Shown here: in pieces, positions 61,053-64,000 of the stretch | Position numbering within the stretch: position 1 is the first letter of the stretch | Layout: the number at the start of each line of letters is the position of its first letter | From: an uncultured Methylomirabilota bacterium | GTDB taxonomy: Bacteria; Methylomirabilota; Methylomirabilia; Methylomirabilales; 2-02-FULL-66-22 | Direction of reading: 5' to 3' | Assembly (NCBI GenBank): GCA_963705305.1 | Contig: OY970067.1 | Location: 1,056,001-1,120,000, forward strand | DNA: 64,000 nt | Made by a program: the position numbers and the translations under genes | Notes under the pieces: model-generated | Told to the model about the DNA's origin: nothing | Databases searched by the model: none | The model's input: only the letters and a program-made list of their open reading frames with translations

Positions 61053-62030
61053 TCAAACGGCGAAGGCCTCCAGAGTGGGATGGAAGTGTCCCGCGTCCGG
61101 AAAGCCGATGGGACGGATGGCGGGCAGGGTGACCCCCGCCTGCCGGTACGCAGCGGCAATGGCGTGAACCACACCTTCGTCCCCGATTCCGCCCAAAGCG
61201 CTCGCCAGCTGATCCGGAACGGCGCGGGCCGGCGCGGACTCCACGCTCTTTTTCCGGTCGAAAATGGCCAGCGCCTGCCCGAACCCGCTGGCGGTCAGCA
61301 TGGCACGATAGAAAGGGAGTTGCAGATAGCGAACCAATTCTTCCTTGAACAGTGCCGTGATGGCCTGGACGTCCGGGCTCAGGGCAGCCGGCACGGCCGC
61401 CACGACTTCGAACCTTTCGAGGGATTTCCCGGCCCGGGCCCGGCCGCGCTCCACGGCCGGCAGGACCGCCGTTCGAATGTACTCCGGCGTGCACAGCCAC
61501 AAGACCACCCCGTCGGCAATCTCGCCGGCCAACTCCAGCATCTTGGCCGACAGGCCCGCCAGGAACACGGGCGGGGGCTCCGGCAGCCGGGGCAGCGCGC
61601 TCCGCCAGTGTACGTGATACCGCTCGCCGGCATGGTCGGCCTGCCCGGCCAGGGCAGCCCGCAGGACCGTCACATACTCCCGCATCGTCCTGAGGGGGCT
61701 TCCCATCTCCAGGCCGAGCGCTTCGGTCATGGACGGCCGATGACTCACCCCGATGCCCAGGCGCAGCCGGCCGGCGGACACTTCGGCCAGGGTCAGGGCC
61801 TCCTGGGCCATCGCCACCGGGTGCCGCGGATAGATCGGGACCACCCCGGTCCCGAGCGTGATGGTCGTGGTGGCCTGGGCATAGGCCGATAGGACCAGGA
61901 AGGCATCACGCCCGCCGCCGTGCGTCACCCACAGGCTTTCGTAGCCCCAGCCTTCCGCCCTGCGCGCCAGCTCGATCGCCGCCGCAAGGTCCGTCCCCGG
62001 AATGAGATATGCGCCCGTACGCTCCTTCAT
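61053..62030 (-). CDS. LLM-class flavin-dependent oxidoreductase
   Basis: GYESLWV, LGTGVVP, GRLRLGIG, LAGEIADG. Confidence 0.9.
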   Translation of the reverse strand: MKERTGAYLIPGTDLAAAIELARRAEGWGYESLWVTHGGGRDAFLVLSAYAQATTTITLGTGVVPIYPRHPVAMAQEALTLAEVSAGRLRLGIGVSHRPSMTEALGLEMGSPLRTMREYVTVLRAALAGQADHAGERYHVHWRSALPRLPEPPPVFLAGLSAKMLELAGEIADGVVLWLCTPEYIRTAVLPAVERGRARAGKSLERFEVVAAVPAALSPDVQAITALFKEELVRYLQLPFYRAMLTASGFGQALAIFDRKKSVESAPARAVPDQLASALGGIGDEGVVHAIAAAYRQAGVTLPAIRPIGFPDAGHFHPTLEAFAV

Positions 62031-62067
62031 GGTTGCCCCGCCTTGTTCCGTTTCTGCCGGCTCGACT

Positions 62068-62817
62068 CTAATGGTAGACCACCCCCGAGTCGAGGACCAG
62101 CACCTGCCCGGTCGTGCTGTCGCTCCGGCAGAACTCCATGATCTGCCGGGCCACGTCGTCTCGCTCCACCGGCCGCTGCAGGGCGGCGCTTTTGGTGGTT
62201 CGCTCGACCAGGCTTGGGTCGAGCCTCGCGGTCATGCGGGTGCCCATCATCGTGCCCGGGGCGACCGCGTTCACGGTCACATCCGGTCCGAGGGCCACCG
62301 CCAGGCAGCGGGTCAAGTGGATGAGCCCCGCCTTCGAGACCGCATAGGCGATGCTGCTGCCGAGCGGCGCCAGGCCGGCGATCGAGGCCACGTTCACGAT
62401 GCGCCCTCGCTTTTGCCGCAGCATGATCGGGGCCACCGCCCTGACGCACAGGAAGGGGGAGGTCAGGTTGGCGAGCAGGAGATGGCTCCAGATGTCCGGG
62501 GTCAGCCCGTCCAGATCCTTGAACGGAACCAGCTGGTTGTAGGCGGCGTTGTTGACCAGGATGTCGATCCGGCCGTACGCCTCCAGCACGCGCTCGACCA
62601 CTCCCGCGATCTGACTCTCCTGGGTGACGTCAGCCTGGATGGCGACGCAACGCGGCCCCAGCGCCGACCACTCCCGGGCGAAACTTTCGGCCTGCTCCTT
62701 GGACTGCACGTAGACCCCGGCCACGTGCGTACCGTTCTCCGCGAACGTCCGGCAGATGCGCTGCCCCAGCCCTCCGGTGCAGCCGGTGACGACGGCGACA
62801 GAGCCCTGGAGCTCCAT
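62068..62817 (-). CDS. SDR oxidoreductase (paralog of 50572-51321)
   Basis: TGCTGGLG, NNAAY, YAVSK. Confidence 0.92.
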   Translation of the reverse strand: MELQGSVAVVTGCTGGLGQRICRTFAENGTHVAGVYVQSKEQAESFAREWSALGPRCVAIQADVTQESQIAGVVERVLEAYGRIDILVNNAAYNQLVPFKDLDGLTPDIWSHLLLANLTSPFLCVRAVAPIMLRQKRGRIVNVASIAGLAPLGSSIAYAVSKAGLIHLTRCLAVALGPDVTVNAVAPGTMMGTRMTARLDPSLVERTTKSAALQRPVERDDVARQIMEFCRSDSTTGQVLVLDSGVVYH

Positions 62818-63249
62818 GGTTCATGTTCTCCTCGGTAAGGGTTCACCGGCGGGTCCAAAGATCGTTTTGCGGCACAGCCTGGCTGGCCGCCGCACGGCTC
62901 CCCGCGCGGTCCGGTGTGACGCTCGAACCCCCTCGGCGAGGCGGGGGGCCCAGGCGAACGCTACGCCGAGGGGGACGGGATGTCAAGATGCAGGGCCGGC
63001 AGAACGAGGATGGAGACAGGCCTTCGATCCCGTCTCGGTATTCGCCCGTCCGGCTGAAGCGATTTGGGCAGGATCCGGGACGCGTTCCAGCGGGCCGCCC
63101 GCGACAGGATCCCGGCCCGGCGGGGGGCCGGTCAACTCGCGCCCCGAACAGAAGTTCGGCTTGTCAAACTCCGGAGATGCGGTAGGATCGTGCAGGGAGG
63201 CGGGCGGCGGCCGCGACAATTCCTGTTCGAGAGGGAGGGGAAGCCAGAC

Positions 63250-64000
63250 ATGGCTGGGGAATGGACGGCAGAGAAATTGAGCGAGGCGGTGCGGGGATTC
63301 CATCCCGCTTGTGTCGTGATCGCGGCGGCCGAACTGGACGTCTTCACCGCTCTGCACGGGCAGCCCATGGGCGCGGCGGCCCTGGCAGGTCGGCTCCGGA
63401 GCGATCCGCGGGCCACGGCGGTCCTGCTGGACGCCCTGGCGGCCATGGGACTGCTCTCGAAGCGGGACGGGACATATGCGGTGCCCGACCCCGTTGCAGA
63501 GCTGCTCACCGAGTCCGGCAGCCGCTGCATGCTGGGAATGGTCCGCCATATGGGAAACTGCCTGCGCCGCTGGGGACAGCTGGCCAGCGTCACGCGCACC
63601 GGAAGGCCCGTTGAAGGGGAAGTCAGCGTCCGGGGGTCCGCGGAGGATATGGCGTCATTCATCCGGGCAATGCACGAGATCTCCGATCCGGTCGCCCCGG
63701 CGCTGATCCAGAGTCTGGGGCCGCTCGAGTTCACCCATCTCTTGGACCTGGGCGGCGCCTCAGGCACCTGGACGATCCCCTTCTTGCGGCGCTATCCGGC
63801 CGCCCGGGCCACGATCTTCGACCTGCCGGACGTGATCCCCATGGCCAGGGCCACGGTGGCGGCCGCCGGCCTGTCAGATCGTGTCCGGCTGGTGGCGGGG
63901 AGCTTCTACGCGGATAACCTGCCGGCCGGTGCCGACCTGGTCTGGGTGAGTGCGATCGTGCACCAGAACAGCCGGGAGCAAAACCGGTCCATGTTCTGCA
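63250..64000 (+). CDS. O-methyltransferase with dimerisation domain (HIOMT-like), 3' end outside the window
   Basis: MAGEW...AAAELDVF...LLDALAAMGLL...LLDLGGASG...FDLP...GSFY...SAIVH. Confidence 0.85.
   Translation, partial: MAGEWTAEKLSEAVRGFHPACVVIAAAELDVFTALHGQPMGAAALAGRLRSDPRATAVLLDALAAMGLLSKRDGTYAVPDPVAELLTESGSRCMLGMVRHMGNCLRRWGQLASVTRTGRPVEGEVSVRGSAEDMASFIRAMHEISDPVAPALIQSLGPLEFTHLLDLGGASGTWTIPFLRRYPAARATIFDLPDVIPMARATVAAAGLSDRVRLVAGSFYADNLPAGADLVWVSAIVHQNSREQNRSMFC

Overview
GC-rich bacterial chromosomal window with about 50 coding regions; no rRNA, tRNA, CRISPR array or intact transposase was seen. A Methylomirabilota/Rokubacteria- or Desulfobacterota-like origin is my impression only. 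The left third is an energy/respiration region: the 5' end of an MtrA/DmsE-like multiheme lipoprotein (cut by the window edge and absent from the ORF track), a heme-c sensor kinase with an NtrC-type activator, sigma54 promoters with paired enhancer palindromes, an MFS-malic enzyme-fumarase-pntAB block, a NreB/NreC-like two-component system, a 13-heme CbcL-like cytochrome c/b fusion, a triheme cytochrome and ahbD-hemB-hemL. The rest holds lptD, a HelY-type helicase, catabolic clusters (ThDP enzymes, SDRs, two Ldh_2 enzymes, an amidohydrolase), gdhA with an orphan PPDK_N protein, a MITE-like element and an hpt operon. The main candidates for novelty are: (1) an unannotated ~170-nt structured RNA with its own sigma70 promoter, 12 GGAA motifs and a U-tail, directly upstream of a CMP-kinase-like/PD-(D/E)XK fusion and hpt; (2) a tandem malic enzyme whose two halves have degenerated in complementary ways; (3) a sigma54-controlled electron-transfer chain that may reach outside the cell. 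Four genes are frameshifted, most likely by sequencing error.
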